Shown one piece after another: positions 26,620 to 35,081 of a stretch of DNA of 35,143 bases. Source of the DNA: a virus (lineage: Duplodnaviria; Caudoviricetes); the IMG/VR virus record IMGVR_UViG_3300020161_002908, positions 1 through 35,143 of that record; one strand, 5' to 3'. How positions within the stretch are numbered: the first letter of the stretch is position 1; the number at the start of each line of letters is the position of its first letter. The translations under genes were made by a program, and so were the position numbers. Below the pieces are notes generated by a model. That model saw nothing but the letters and a program-made list of their open reading frames with translations. It was not told the DNA's origin and did not search any database.

Positions 26620-27295
26620 TATTAGAATATTTACCGCAACTCAAAAAGATGATATTAAAGAAACTAATTTATACTCGAGTATATTAAACAAATATCATCA
26701 TATTTTAAAGTGGAAGTGTTCGAACAAAACGTTTTTACCGAAATTATATAATGAACAGATAGATAAAGCCATAAAAGATTCTGTAGATTATCTTGTACTA
26801 GTACATGATGATGTGCATATTAATTGCAGTGATTTATTAGAACGGGTTTCTAAGTATGGTGAGCAATTTACTATATTTGGACTTGCAGGCACTAAAGCAA
26901 TAACAGTTAAAGAACCGGTATTATGGCATTTAATGTCAGATAGGAGTAATTTACGAGGATGTGTTGCGCATGGCACTAAAACAGCATATGCTTATACATC
27001 GTTTGGACCTCTTCCAAGTAAAGTCGTAATGATAGATGGTGTATTTATATGTATTAATATTAAGAAATTACCAGACAATATAAAGTTTGATGAAAATTGC
27101 CCATCTGGTTTCCATTTTTATGATTTAATATTTTCTCTCGACTGTTCTATTAAAAAAATAGATGTTGGAGTTGGAGATGTTCCTATTATTCATGAATCGC
27201 CAGGTTTAAAAGAAATGACTGATGATTGGAAGCAAGGACAAAAATATTTTTTAAATAAATACAATCTTTTTTTAAATAAAACATTGACAGTTTAA
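26612..27295 (+). CDS. GT-A fold (GT2-like) glycosyltransferase; start revised to ATG 26612
   Basis: YNEQID, LVLVHDDV, GLAG, IDGVFI, FDE and FHFYDL; 8-nt overlap with GNAT. Confidence 0.78.
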   Translation: MSNIRIFTATQKDDIKETNLYSSILNKYHHILKWKCSNKTFLPKLYNEQIDKAIKDSVDYLVLVHDDVHINCSDLLERVSKYGEQFTIFGLAGTKAITVKEPVLWHLMSDRSNLRGCVAHGTKTAYAYTSFGPLPSKVVMIDGVFICINIKKLPDNIKFDENCPSGFHFYDLIFSLDCSIKKIDVGVGDVPIIHESPGLKEMTDDWKQGQKYFLNKYNLFLNKTLTV

Positions 27296-27312
27296 TGGAA
27301 ATAAACTATAAT
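27284..27312 (+). promoter_or_regulatory. Consensus sigma70 promoter of gp41
   Basis: TTGACA-N17-TATAAT. Confidence 0.8.
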
Positions 27313-27322
27313 ACGTAGATAA

Positions 27323-28660
27323 ATGGAAAAATCAGAGCTAAAACTCAATTTAGATGAGTATGAGAACATCATCGTATATAAATCCTTAACAGATGAAAAA
27401 TACTTATCAAATATTATTGAACATATTAATGGTAATTTCTTTAAAGATAAAAATATTAAGAAGATATTTGAGATTATAAAGGCTTTTTATACTAAAAACA
27501 GTACAGTACCTACTATCACAGAGTTAAAAACATATATTAACTCAGACGAAACGAGAGATGCATTTAAAAATGTTGTAAGAGGTTTCTCTAATATAGATAA
27601 AAACTTAAATGAAGACGAATTACTTCACAGCACAGAAAGATATATAAAAGAAAGGGCGATATACAATACGATGTTAGACGTTGCTGAAGATATCAGTTCT
27701 GGTAAGATTGATACAGGGTTTATTTTAGATAAATTTGAAAAAAGTTGCAATATTGATTTAAAAAGAGATATAGGGTTAGACTTGTTTATGAACTTCGATG
27801 CAGTCGTTGATGATTTAAACACAGAACATCCGGTAATATCTTCAAGATGGAAATGGTTAGATGATAAACTTGATGGTGGGTTTCTACAAAATGGTAGAGC
27901 ATTATATGTGTTTGCAGGTGAGACTAATGTAGGCAAAAGCATTTTCTTAGGTAATATTGCTTCGAATATTGCTAGCCAAGGTAAAACAGTATTAGTTATA
28001 TCATTAGAGATGAGCGAAATGATATATGCTAAGAGATTATCATCCAACATTACAAAAATACCTCTAAAATCTTTAAAATCAGAAGTACTAACCCTTAAAC
28101 AACAAATTGATGAGATTAGTAAATCAAATCCAGAATGCAAAATAATTATTAAGGAATTCCCGCCTAGTACGGTAACATCTCATCAAATACAAGGGTTTAT
28201 TAAAACTATTACGAGTAAAGGTATTAAGATAGATGCTATAATTTTAGATTATATTAATTTGTTAAAGAGTCCTATAGGTATTAATAGTTACGAGCGTGTA
28301 AAATACGCTACTGAACAAATAAGAGCATTAACGTACATTTTTAATTGCCCTATTATAACTGCAACTCAATTGAATCGTCAAGGGTATGATGTTAAAAATC
28401 CTGGCATCGAAACAATCGGTGAAAGTATTGGATTGGCTGCTACAGCAGATGTAATTATAAGCATATTTCAGGACGAAGAAGATAAAGAACTAGGATGTGT
28501 TAAGTTAGGCATGATGAAAAACCGGTTTGGACCTAACCATGGCACAACTATAATGAAATTAGACTATTCAACGTTAACCGTTACTGAGGATGAATCATTA
28601 ATGAACCAGGGTGATCAAGGTAATATAACTAAATCTCTTAACATGTTCAGCAATAGTTGA
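27323..28660 (+). CDS. gp41: Replicative DnaB-like helicase
   Basis: AGETNVGKS, SLEMSE, IKEFP, LDYINL, TATQLNR, ESIGL and KNRFG. Confidence 0.95.
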   Translation: MEKSELKLNLDEYENIIVYKSLTDEKYLSNIIEHINGNFFKDKNIKKIFEIIKAFYTKNSTVPTITELKTYINSDETRDAFKNVVRGFSNIDKNLNEDELLHSTERYIKERAIYNTMLDVAEDISSGKIDTGFILDKFEKSCNIDLKRDIGLDLFMNFDAVVDDLNTEHPVISSRWKWLDDKLDGGFLQNGRALYVFAGETNVGKSIFLGNIASNIASQGKTVLVISLEMSEMIYAKRLSSNITKIPLKSLKSEVLTLKQQIDEISKSNPECKIIIKEFPPSTVTSHQIQGFIKTITSKGIKIDAIILDYINLLKSPIGINSYERVKYATEQIRALTYIFNCPIITATQLNRQGYDVKNPGIETIGESIGLAATADVIISIFQDEEDKELGCVKLGMMKNRFGPNHGTTIMKLDYSTLTVTEDESLMNQGDQGNITKSLNMFSNS

Positions 28661-28697
28661 TAATTCAAATAGCTAATTAAATATTCTTAATTAGCAT

Positions 28698-28997
28698 ATG
28701 ATTAGCGAACCAAGCATAATAAAATCACCTCATGTATGCATCGAAGATGAAGAATTAGCTCATTCGTTTTATAGCTTTTGCACCTTTTGCTTTTTATATT
28801 ATGGTAAAAAAATTAATTTTGCAACTATTTTTACCAAACTATTACAAGAAGAAAAATTAAGAACTTTATATAAGATAAGCATATCGGAAAGTAGCGATTT
28901 TGAAGCGCTTCGCAAGTTTATTATTTTCGAACCAACTATAACGAAAAGCAAATACATTACCAAAATTATTAATAAGAATAACGGTAAGATTTTTTAG
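28698..28997 (+). CDS. Hypothetical protein
   Basis: 99-aa ORF preceded by an inverted repeat containing TAAATA. Confidence 0.7.
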   Translation: MISEPSIIKSPHVCIEDEELAHSFYSFCTFCFLYYGKKINFATIFTKLLQEEKLRTLYKISISESSDFEALRKFIIFEPTITKSKYITKIINKNNGKIF

Positions 28998-29018
28998 GAA
29001 CTAACATATAATTTAAGT

Positions 29019-29669
29019 GTGACAGAAAAAGAAAAATACATATATAATTGTTATATAGAAACTACTCGGAAATTAAATAGTAAGCCGTTTAAATATAGAA
29101 AAGATTTTGAAGATTTTGAAGAAAGAGAAGAGTATCCATTTTTAGTTAAGTTAGAATCTTTTTTTAATAAATTTCCTAATATTAATATAAAAGACTTTTT
29201 TGAAGCACCTTTTTTTGTATACGAGGACAAATATGTTGAGTTAAAATTTTATACTACTCAAAAAGCTATTAAGGCCTATACAATATACCAAAACAATTTT
29301 TTACCAGATAATCCTGACCATAATCAATCTTTACTTAAAATTAAAGATAGCTATATTTTTATAAAAAACTTTTGTATTAAAAATAATATCAACATAAAAG
29401 ATTATATTACTAGTATTCAATTAAACAGCCCGTGGCATGATTTTTTAATGCATTTAAAAGATAGGAATATAAACATTTATTGCTTATTTACATTGCCAGG
29501 ATTTGATAAAACTTTACAATTATATGATAAACAAATTAAGAGCTACGTATTTGGCAATACTTTTGATAATCTCAATTTTTATCGCACGAAGTATTACAGT
29601 AGCACGAAAGCTAAAAAATTATGCATTTTAATGTATAATAAGTTGACATTATTAACCCCCACACTATAA
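29019..29669 (+). CDS. Probable helicase loader (gp59-like)
   Basis: 216 aa, basic and aromatic, directly upstream of gp32 as in T4. Assignment is by size and synteny only. Confidence 0.5.
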   Translation: MTEKEKYIYNCYIETTRKLNSKPFKYRKDFEDFEEREEYPFLVKLESFFNKFPNINIKDFFEAPFFVYEDKYVELKFYTTQKAIKAYTIYQNNFLPDNPDHNQSLLKIKDSYIFIKNFCIKNNINIKDYITSIQLNSPWHDFLMHLKDRNINIYCLFTLPGFDKTLQLYDKQIKSYVFGNTFDNLNFYRTKYYSSTKAKKLCILMYNKLTLLTPTL

Positions 29670-29670
29670 T
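29643..29670 (+). promoter_or_regulatory. Consensus sigma70 promoter of gp32
   Basis: TTGACA-N16-TATAAT. Confidence 0.8.
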
Positions 29671-29682
29671 ATAAAATAATTT

Positions 29683-30531
29683 ATGACCAATACGATTAAC
29701 AACTCAATATTCCAGAGCATTAAAAGTGCTTTAGCGCAGACAGGTGGTAACACCGGTGCAGGTAACATTCTTAAAACGGAGGTAGGGAATACTTATACAG
29801 TAAGACTGCTACCATTTTCGAAAGACCCGAAAAAGACGTTCTTCCACTTTTTTACTCATGGTTGGGTTAGTTTTGCTACCGGCCAGTATGTTGCTGCTCT
29901 TAGTCCTCAAACTTTTGGTGAGCGTGATCCTATTTCTGAAGAACGTTTTCGAATTCTTCGTTCGGGTACTGAGACTGAAAAAGAAAAAGTTAAGTCAATC
30001 GGACGTAGTGAAAAGTGGCTCGTAAATGTTTTAGTAATTAATGACCCAGTCAATCCAGATAATAATGGTCAAGTAAAGCTTCTTCGTTATGGTAAGCAAT
30101 TGCAAAAGATTATTCTCGATGCTATCGAGGGTGATGATGCAGAAGATCTCGGTGCACGTATTTTTGATCTCAGTCCTAATGGTGTTAATTTGAGAATTAA
30201 AGTTGAAAAGCAAGGTGATTTTCCTAGCTATGTTTCATCTAAGTTTTCTATGCCTACAGCTATTGTTGATATGGATGATAATAAAGTTAAGAAAATATAC
30301 GACAGTGCATATGAACTTGATAAAGTCTTTACTCTTAAATCGTATGATGAGCTCAAGACTATGCTTAATGAGCATTTTTATTGTTCAGTAGTTAAGGATG
30401 AAGTTGTAGAGCCAGAAGCAACGCCAGTAGTTTACGCTAAGTCAACTACCTCGGCTAAGCAAACAGCATCTACAGAATCGAGCGACGTAGAGCTTAATGA
30501 TTTGCTTAAAGAGCTTGAACTCGATAAATAA
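29683..30531 (+). CDS. gp32: Single-stranded DNA-binding protein
   Basis: VRLLP, HGW, NVLVINDPVNPDNNGQVKLLRYGK, IFDL..G, YVSSKF, KSYDELK; acidic tail. Confidence 0.92.
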   Translation: MTNTINNSIFQSIKSALAQTGGNTGAGNILKTEVGNTYTVRLLPFSKDPKKTFFHFFTHGWVSFATGQYVAALSPQTFGERDPISEERFRILRSGTETEKEKVKSIGRSEKWLVNVLVINDPVNPDNNGQVKLLRYGKQLQKIILDAIEGDDAEDLGARIFDLSPNGVNLRIKVEKQGDFPSYVSSKFSMPTAIVDMDDNKVKKIYDSAYELDKVFTLKSYDELKTMLNEHFYCSVVKDEVVEPEATPVVYAKSTTSAKQTASTESSDVELNDLLKELELDK

Positions 30532-31046
30532 TGGAACCGGGTCATAAAGAATTGTTGATAGGGTTGTTAGGTAGTACCTACGGCGAATTAAAGCAACTGG
30601 ATGCATCCATTACTGGATCATCCAGCACTTTAAATCGTAGAAGTGAAACTATTAAAGATGAGTTAACGAAAATTATGAATACGTCTGAAGCAGTATTCAA
30701 TAATGGTATTCCGCAACCGCCTGCGCCGGCTCCAGCACCTGCGCCGGTACAAATAGTTGCACCTAAACCCCCGGAAGGAGCTGTAAATTTACCGTATATT
30801 ACGCAAGTACCAGTACAAGCACCAATTGTTGATAACAGTCAACTAGAATTCGACCTTAATAAAACAACGAGATATGAAGACATCGTCGAGTCTTTAGATA
30901 GAATTGTTCGCAGAATTGATAATCTTGAAATAATGATATCTAATATCAATGAGAAATTAGACAATTTAACTAAAAATGGGTCGACCTTACTAAAGAATAA
31001 AAAAAAAATTCCTGGTATAGTAGAATCTTCAGATTATAATCAGTAA
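30531..31046 (+). CDS. Hypothetical protein with Pro-rich linker and C-terminal coiled coil
   Basis: TAATG overlaps at both ends. Confidence 0.75.
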   Translation: MEPGHKELLIGLLGSTYGELKQLDASITGSSSTLNRRSETIKDELTKIMNTSEAVFNNGIPQPPAPAPAPAPVQIVAPKPPEGAVNLPYITQVPVQAPIVDNSQLEFDLNKTTRYEDIVESLDRIVRRIDNLEIMISNINEKLDNLTKNGSTLLKNKKKIPGIVESSDYNQ

Positions 31047-31774
31047 TGAAGTTAAAAATCTCAAATAGAAAGGACTTTATCAGTAATGTCCTTAGTCCTA
31101 TTTCGAATCTTAATGATTCAGCTATTATTAAGGTTGAAAAAAACGTTATAAGTAATATTACCGCATCGCAAGATGCGACTTTAATTTTATATACAGAGTC
31201 TATTTGTGAATGCAATGATAGTCGCAATCTAAACATACCAGATGTAAAGAAGTTTATTAGAGTTTTAGAGTGCGTTGAAAGCGATGACGTGGAATTTGAG
31301 ATATTATCGAATAATATTCAACATAATAGCTCATCTTTTAAGTTTAAGTATCATTTACTCGAAGAAGGTATCGTAAAGCTCCCTTCTATTAATATAAAAA
31401 AGATTAATGACTTAAAGTTTGATACTGTATTTGATGTTGCAGAAAATAAATTAAACACTTTGTTTAAAGGAGCCTCATTTACAACCGAATCAAATAAATT
31501 ATACATTTATTTAGAAAATAATACAGTATTTGGCGAATTAGGTGATAGAAATAGACATAATTCAGATAACTTTCAAACGATATTATCAACAACGTATGAA
31601 GGAACTGCATTGCCTAAAACAATACCTATTAACTTTGAAACGTTCCGTCTAATTAACTTTAATAAATGCAGTGATATTAAGTTTTCCATAAACATTCAAT
31701 TTGGAGTAGTAAAGATTTCGTTATCAAAAGGAAATACTAATTTGATTTATATAGTTTCAGCGTTAATTAATTAA
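31046..31774 (+). CDS. gp45: Sliding clamp
   Basis: 242 aa with a two-domain alpha/beta pattern, LNIPDVKKFIRVL, FKYHL and C-terminal YIVSAL; replication context. Confidence 0.72.
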   Translation: MKLKISNRKDFISNVLSPISNLNDSAIIKVEKNVISNITASQDATLILYTESICECNDSRNLNIPDVKKFIRVLECVESDDVEFEILSNNIQHNSSSFKFKYHLLEEGIVKLPSINIKKINDLKFDTVFDVAENKLNTLFKGASFTTESNKLYIYLENNTVFGELGDRNRHNSDNFQTILSTTYEGTALPKTIPINFETFRLINFNKCSDIKFSINIQFGVVKISLSKGNTNLIYIVSALIN

Positions 31775-31775
31775 T

Positions 31776-32141
31776 ATGGATACAGAATTTTACGGCAAAC
31801 GAGATAAAAAAATATCTAATAAGATTAAAACTGCTGGGTATTTTATAAAAAGGTTAAAAGATTGCGGGTTTGTAGTCTTTAAAATGTTCAATGCATATAA
31901 CAATGCAGATCCTAGACGTTGGACCGTGCTAGTCGATCCAGGTGTTACGTCAGTTTACATAACATGCTACAGTAACAAAGATAATTATAATGAAGTATTG
32001 TTTGAGTTTGATGATGGTGGCTGCAAGTTTCAGAAAAATTCATTTTTTAAGACTGAAAGTATTGAAACCCTCGTTACTGAGTTAATTAAAAAAGGAATTA
32101 ACAACGATGCTACAAAAAATCCATTTGGTAAAATTAAATAA
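31776..32141 (+). CDS. Hypothetical protein
   Basis: 121-aa ORF directly after gp45. Confidence 0.78.
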   Translation: MDTEFYGKRDKKISNKIKTAGYFIKRLKDCGFVVFKMFNAYNNADPRRWTVLVDPGVTSVYITCYSNKDNYNEVLFEFDDGGCKFQKNSFFKTESIETLVTELIKKGINNDATKNPFGKIK

Positions 32142-32145
32142 CTTC

Positions 32146-32541
32146 ATGGATGATACCCAGTCGAATCAAACACCAAGCGAAGCTAATCCTATAAAAAAGA
32201 AAGTTAAAGGTACTAGAAAAAATTTAAAAAAAACTGTTACCCCTACACCAGTAATACCAGTTACTGCGTCTAATATACCGGATATATTAGCTATCTTAAA
32301 AGATGCTGTAAAGATACAATCAATTACTAAAAAAAGTAGAAAAAATGTTGATGAACTTGAAGCTATGGTTGCAACTTGTGAAGAGTTTATGGGTAGTTTT
32401 GTAATTCTTGGATATAGCCTTGAAGGTGAGCAAATACCACCTATAGTACACTGCCATAACCAGCAAGAAGCTGATGCTATTGGTAATTATTTGCAAAAAT
32501 TTATACATTACAATATCCGCAGTAATGATAATATGGATTGA
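32146..32541 (+). CDS. Hypothetical late protein; start revised to ATG 32146
   Basis: ATTAAATA (32133-32140) 5 nt upstream. Confidence 0.72.
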   Translation: MDDTQSNQTPSEANPIKKKVKGTRKNLKKTVTPTPVIPVTASNIPDILAILKDAVKIQSITKKSRKNVDELEAMVATCEEFMGSFVILGYSLEGEQIPPIVHCHNQQEADAIGNYLQKFIHYNIRSNDNMD

Positions 32542-32593
32542 TTTATAGGTATTATATATTACTATTAGAATCGTCAGATATATAATTTCTCTT

Positions 32594-32944
32594 ATGAATC
32601 AAAAGGTAAAAACGTTAATGACATCTAAGTTTGAGATGTTTAAAAACCTATTAAAAAGTAATGGTAAACATAAAATGTCACCTGGCCAGGTTTATGCTGT
32701 AGGCACTGGTATATTTGTTGGTGAAATGTTTGTATATGTTAAAAAAGATAACGAAAGTTACCATTTTTTAAGTGTGCCAAAGAATATCAATAGATCTGTA
32801 CCTATTGACAAGTTCGAATGGGCTATAACCCATAAAATAATGGAATACGTCAACAGATTACCAAGCGACGTGTATAAGATATGTATAGCCCAGTATAAAT
32901 ACAACGTCCAAAACGGTGGAACAGCAAAATTAAACACTAAATAG
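32594..32944 (+). CDS. Hypothetical protein
   Basis: TATAAT 7 nt upstream of the ATG. Confidence 0.72.
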   Translation: MNQKVKTLMTSKFEMFKNLLKSNGKHKMSPGQVYAVGTGIFVGEMFVYVKKDNESYHFLSVPKNINRSVPIDKFEWAITHKIMEYVNRLPSDVYKICIAQYKYNVQNGGTAKLNTK

Positions 32945-32948
32945 ATAT

Positions 32949-33188
32949 ATGTTCATTACTCCTACAAAGATTATATCGCCTTTTTCAGGCCAAGCATGTT
33001 TTCCTACAATTAACACATTTACACGAGACGGCAAAACATATGAACAAGCAGTTTATAACGACCCAATAACTGGTTCTTTTATAAAACGCGGAATGGTTAG
33101 CGTGAAAGATGCAGAAACAGGTAAACTTTTACAAGATATTCAAAATAACCAATTAAATTCCTTGAATAATAAGTCATACAGATCATAA
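32949..33188 (+). CDS. Hypothetical late protein
   Basis: ACTAAATA (32936-32943) 5 nt upstream. Confidence 0.72.
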   Translation: MFITPTKIISPFSGQACFPTINTFTRDGKTYEQAVYNDPITGSFIKRGMVSVKDAETGKLLQDIQNNQLNSLNNKSYRS

Positions 33189-33195
33189 TATCTGG

Positions 33196-34233
33196 GTGAT
33201 ATCAGTACCTGAACGATATGTAGTTCAAAAATTTTATGAATGCATAAGCCATGCTTCATATAATAAGTTTAATAAGACTTATAACGGTAGTTGCCCATTT
33301 TGTAAAGAAGGTAGTTCATTCGGAACTAAGACCCGCTTCTTTTATATACCTGATAAAGAACTCACATACTGTCATAATTGCGGATACAGTAAGAAAGTAT
33401 TCAACTTTATAATAGATGTAACAGGTAAACCATTTATTGAAATTATAAATGAAATTAAGAAGGGAGAATTTGAAGTAGTTCCGGATAAATTAAAAATACC
33501 TGAAGTCGTTCCAGTAACAAAATCGTTACCAGAAGATTGCATTAATTTAACTGATGCAAACCAGTTAAAGTTTTATGAAGACAACACGGTTGTCAATATA
33601 TGTTTAGAGGTTTTAAAAAATAGACGATTATTATATGCTATTAATAAACCAAAAACGTTTTATCTGTCGTTAACAGATAAAGTTCATAAAAATAGACTAG
33701 TATTACCCTTTTATGACAGTAATGGTGATATAATATTTTACCAAACCAGGACATTATTGCAAGCAGATCAGCGGAACAGACCAAAATATCTTAGTAAAGT
33801 AGGCAGTCCACGGAGTTTATATGGGGTACATAATATTGATCCTTTATTAGAACATGTTTTTATATTCGAAGGTCCTATAGATTCATATTTTGTAAAGAAT
33901 GGGTTAGCCGTTTGTGGTATTACTGAAGATAGTAATAGAGAATTTAATGACCTACAACGTCAACAAATATCATCTCTATCCACATTCAATAAAATTTGGT
34001 GTTTAGACAACCAATGGATTGATAATGCATCTTTAAAGAAGAGTACATCTTTAGTAAACAACGATGAAAGTGTTTTTATATGGCCAGAAGAGCTAAAGAA
34101 TGTAAAAGATATTAATGAATATTGTATTCTTAATAACTTAAATCAAATTGACCCGCAATTTATTATACAAAACACTTTTAATAAATTAAAAGCTAAGATT
34201 ATACTAACTAATATAAAGAATAAACGAAACTAA
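33196..34233 (+). CDS. gp61: DNA primase
   Basis: CPFC..CHNC zinc ribbon, TOPRIM FEGPIDS, LDN and KDINE; promoter TTGAAT-N16-CATAAT-N6-GTG. Confidence 0.93.
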   Translation: MISVPERYVVQKFYECISHASYNKFNKTYNGSCPFCKEGSSFGTKTRFFYIPDKELTYCHNCGYSKKVFNFIIDVTGKPFIEIINEIKKGEFEVVPDKLKIPEVVPVTKSLPEDCINLTDANQLKFYEDNTVVNICLEVLKNRRLLYAINKPKTFYLSLTDKVHKNRLVLPFYDSNGDIIFYQTRTLLQADQRNRPKYLSKVGSPRSLYGVHNIDPLLEHVFIFEGPIDSYFVKNGLAVCGITEDSNREFNDLQRQQISSLSTFNKIWCLDNQWIDNASLKKSTSLVNNDESVFIWPEELKNVKDINEYCILNNLNQIDPQFIIQNTFNKLKAKIILTNIKNKRN

Positions 34234-34239
34234 CTAAAA

Positions 34240-34662
34240 TTAGTTATATCTGTACTTAGGATCATTTGCAGTAGCTACATAACCCTTCAACATCTCATTC
34301 AGAGAAGTTACTTCAACAGCAACTCTTGCAATCTTCTTTGTTTCTGCTGTACTAATTTTAGCAAATAAAGTTTCTGGTTCAGCTGAATTTAAACGACTCT
34401 GCACACTCTCTTGGCCGGTACCGTTTAAAAATTCTTTAAATTCATCAAGTCTAAGAATCCATGTATTTAACTCATCATACATTACTTTTTGTATGGCGCT
34501 CATAGTTGGCTGAGCTTGCGCACCCGCTTCCGGGGCTTGCACATCAAAATCTGACACTTCCGTGCCTTTATCTAATGTCTGAGCCATAGCTGTTTGATCA
34601 TCTGACATTTCTTCATCTTTTTCAATCAAAAGCTTTTTAAATCTATTTTCATACACGCTCAT
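34240..34662 (-). CDS. Hypothetical late protein
   Basis: CATAAATA (34670-34677) upstream; MSVYENRFKKLLIE leader. Confidence 0.8.
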   Translation of the reverse strand: MSVYENRFKKLLIEKDEEMSDDQTAMAQTLDKGTEVSDFDVQAPEAGAQAQPTMSAIQKVMYDELNTWILRLDEFKEFLNGTGQESVQSRLNSAEPETLFAKISTAETKKIARVAVEVTSLNEMLKGYVATANDPKYRYN

Positions 34663-34697
34663 ATAGTATTATTTATGGGTTTAACTTAAATATTTAA

Positions 34698-35081
34698 ATG
34701 AAAAAGCGGATTTTTGAAGATTCTTCCATTCCTAACATTAATAGACAACAACGTGGAATGACTGTTGGTAAAAATAATAGCGGTGACGCTAACGTTCAAC
34801 CTAATCAAGTTAGGAATTTCTTAAACGCTAACAATAAAGATGGTAATTATGAAGCCCCGTCTTTGAAAATTAACCCCATAGGTAAGTGTGATGAAATACT
34901 TGCAGATATGTATTTACATACTACTAATTTAAGGAACCTTTTATTTCAAGCTAGAGATAATGCAGCAAGTAACCCTAAACAAAAACAAATAATAGATAGT
35001 ATTATAGAAGTGCAGCTTAAAAAAATAGGGGTAACTCTAGTTGATATTAGTAAAAGTTTAGATAATATTAGTAATGATTAA
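34698..35081 (+). CDS. Hypothetical late protein
   Basis: CTTAAATA (34685-34692) 5 nt upstream; MKKRIFE leader. Confidence 0.78.
   Translation: MKKRIFEDSSIPNINRQQRGMTVGKNNSGDANVQPNQVRNFLNANNKDGNYEAPSLKINPIGKCDEILADMYLHTTNLRNLLFQARDNAASNPKQKQIIDSIIEVQLKKIGVTLVDISKSLDNISND

Noticed and set aside
18665-28660. Inteins or introns in gp43, uvsX or gp41
   Set aside because: The ORFs are continuous, of normal length, and show no splicing motifs.
28698-28997. gp33 late coactivator by position before gp59-gp32
   Set aside because: Size and position fit, but I see no gp33-like sequence pattern; an HMM or structure search is needed.
399-32508. Shadow ORFs in the track (e.g. 399-671, 2532-2804, 9368-9577, 14704-15138, 18345-18668, 27625-28140, 30970-31236)
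   Set aside because: They are antisense or out of frame to well-supported genes and have no motifs or promoters of their own.
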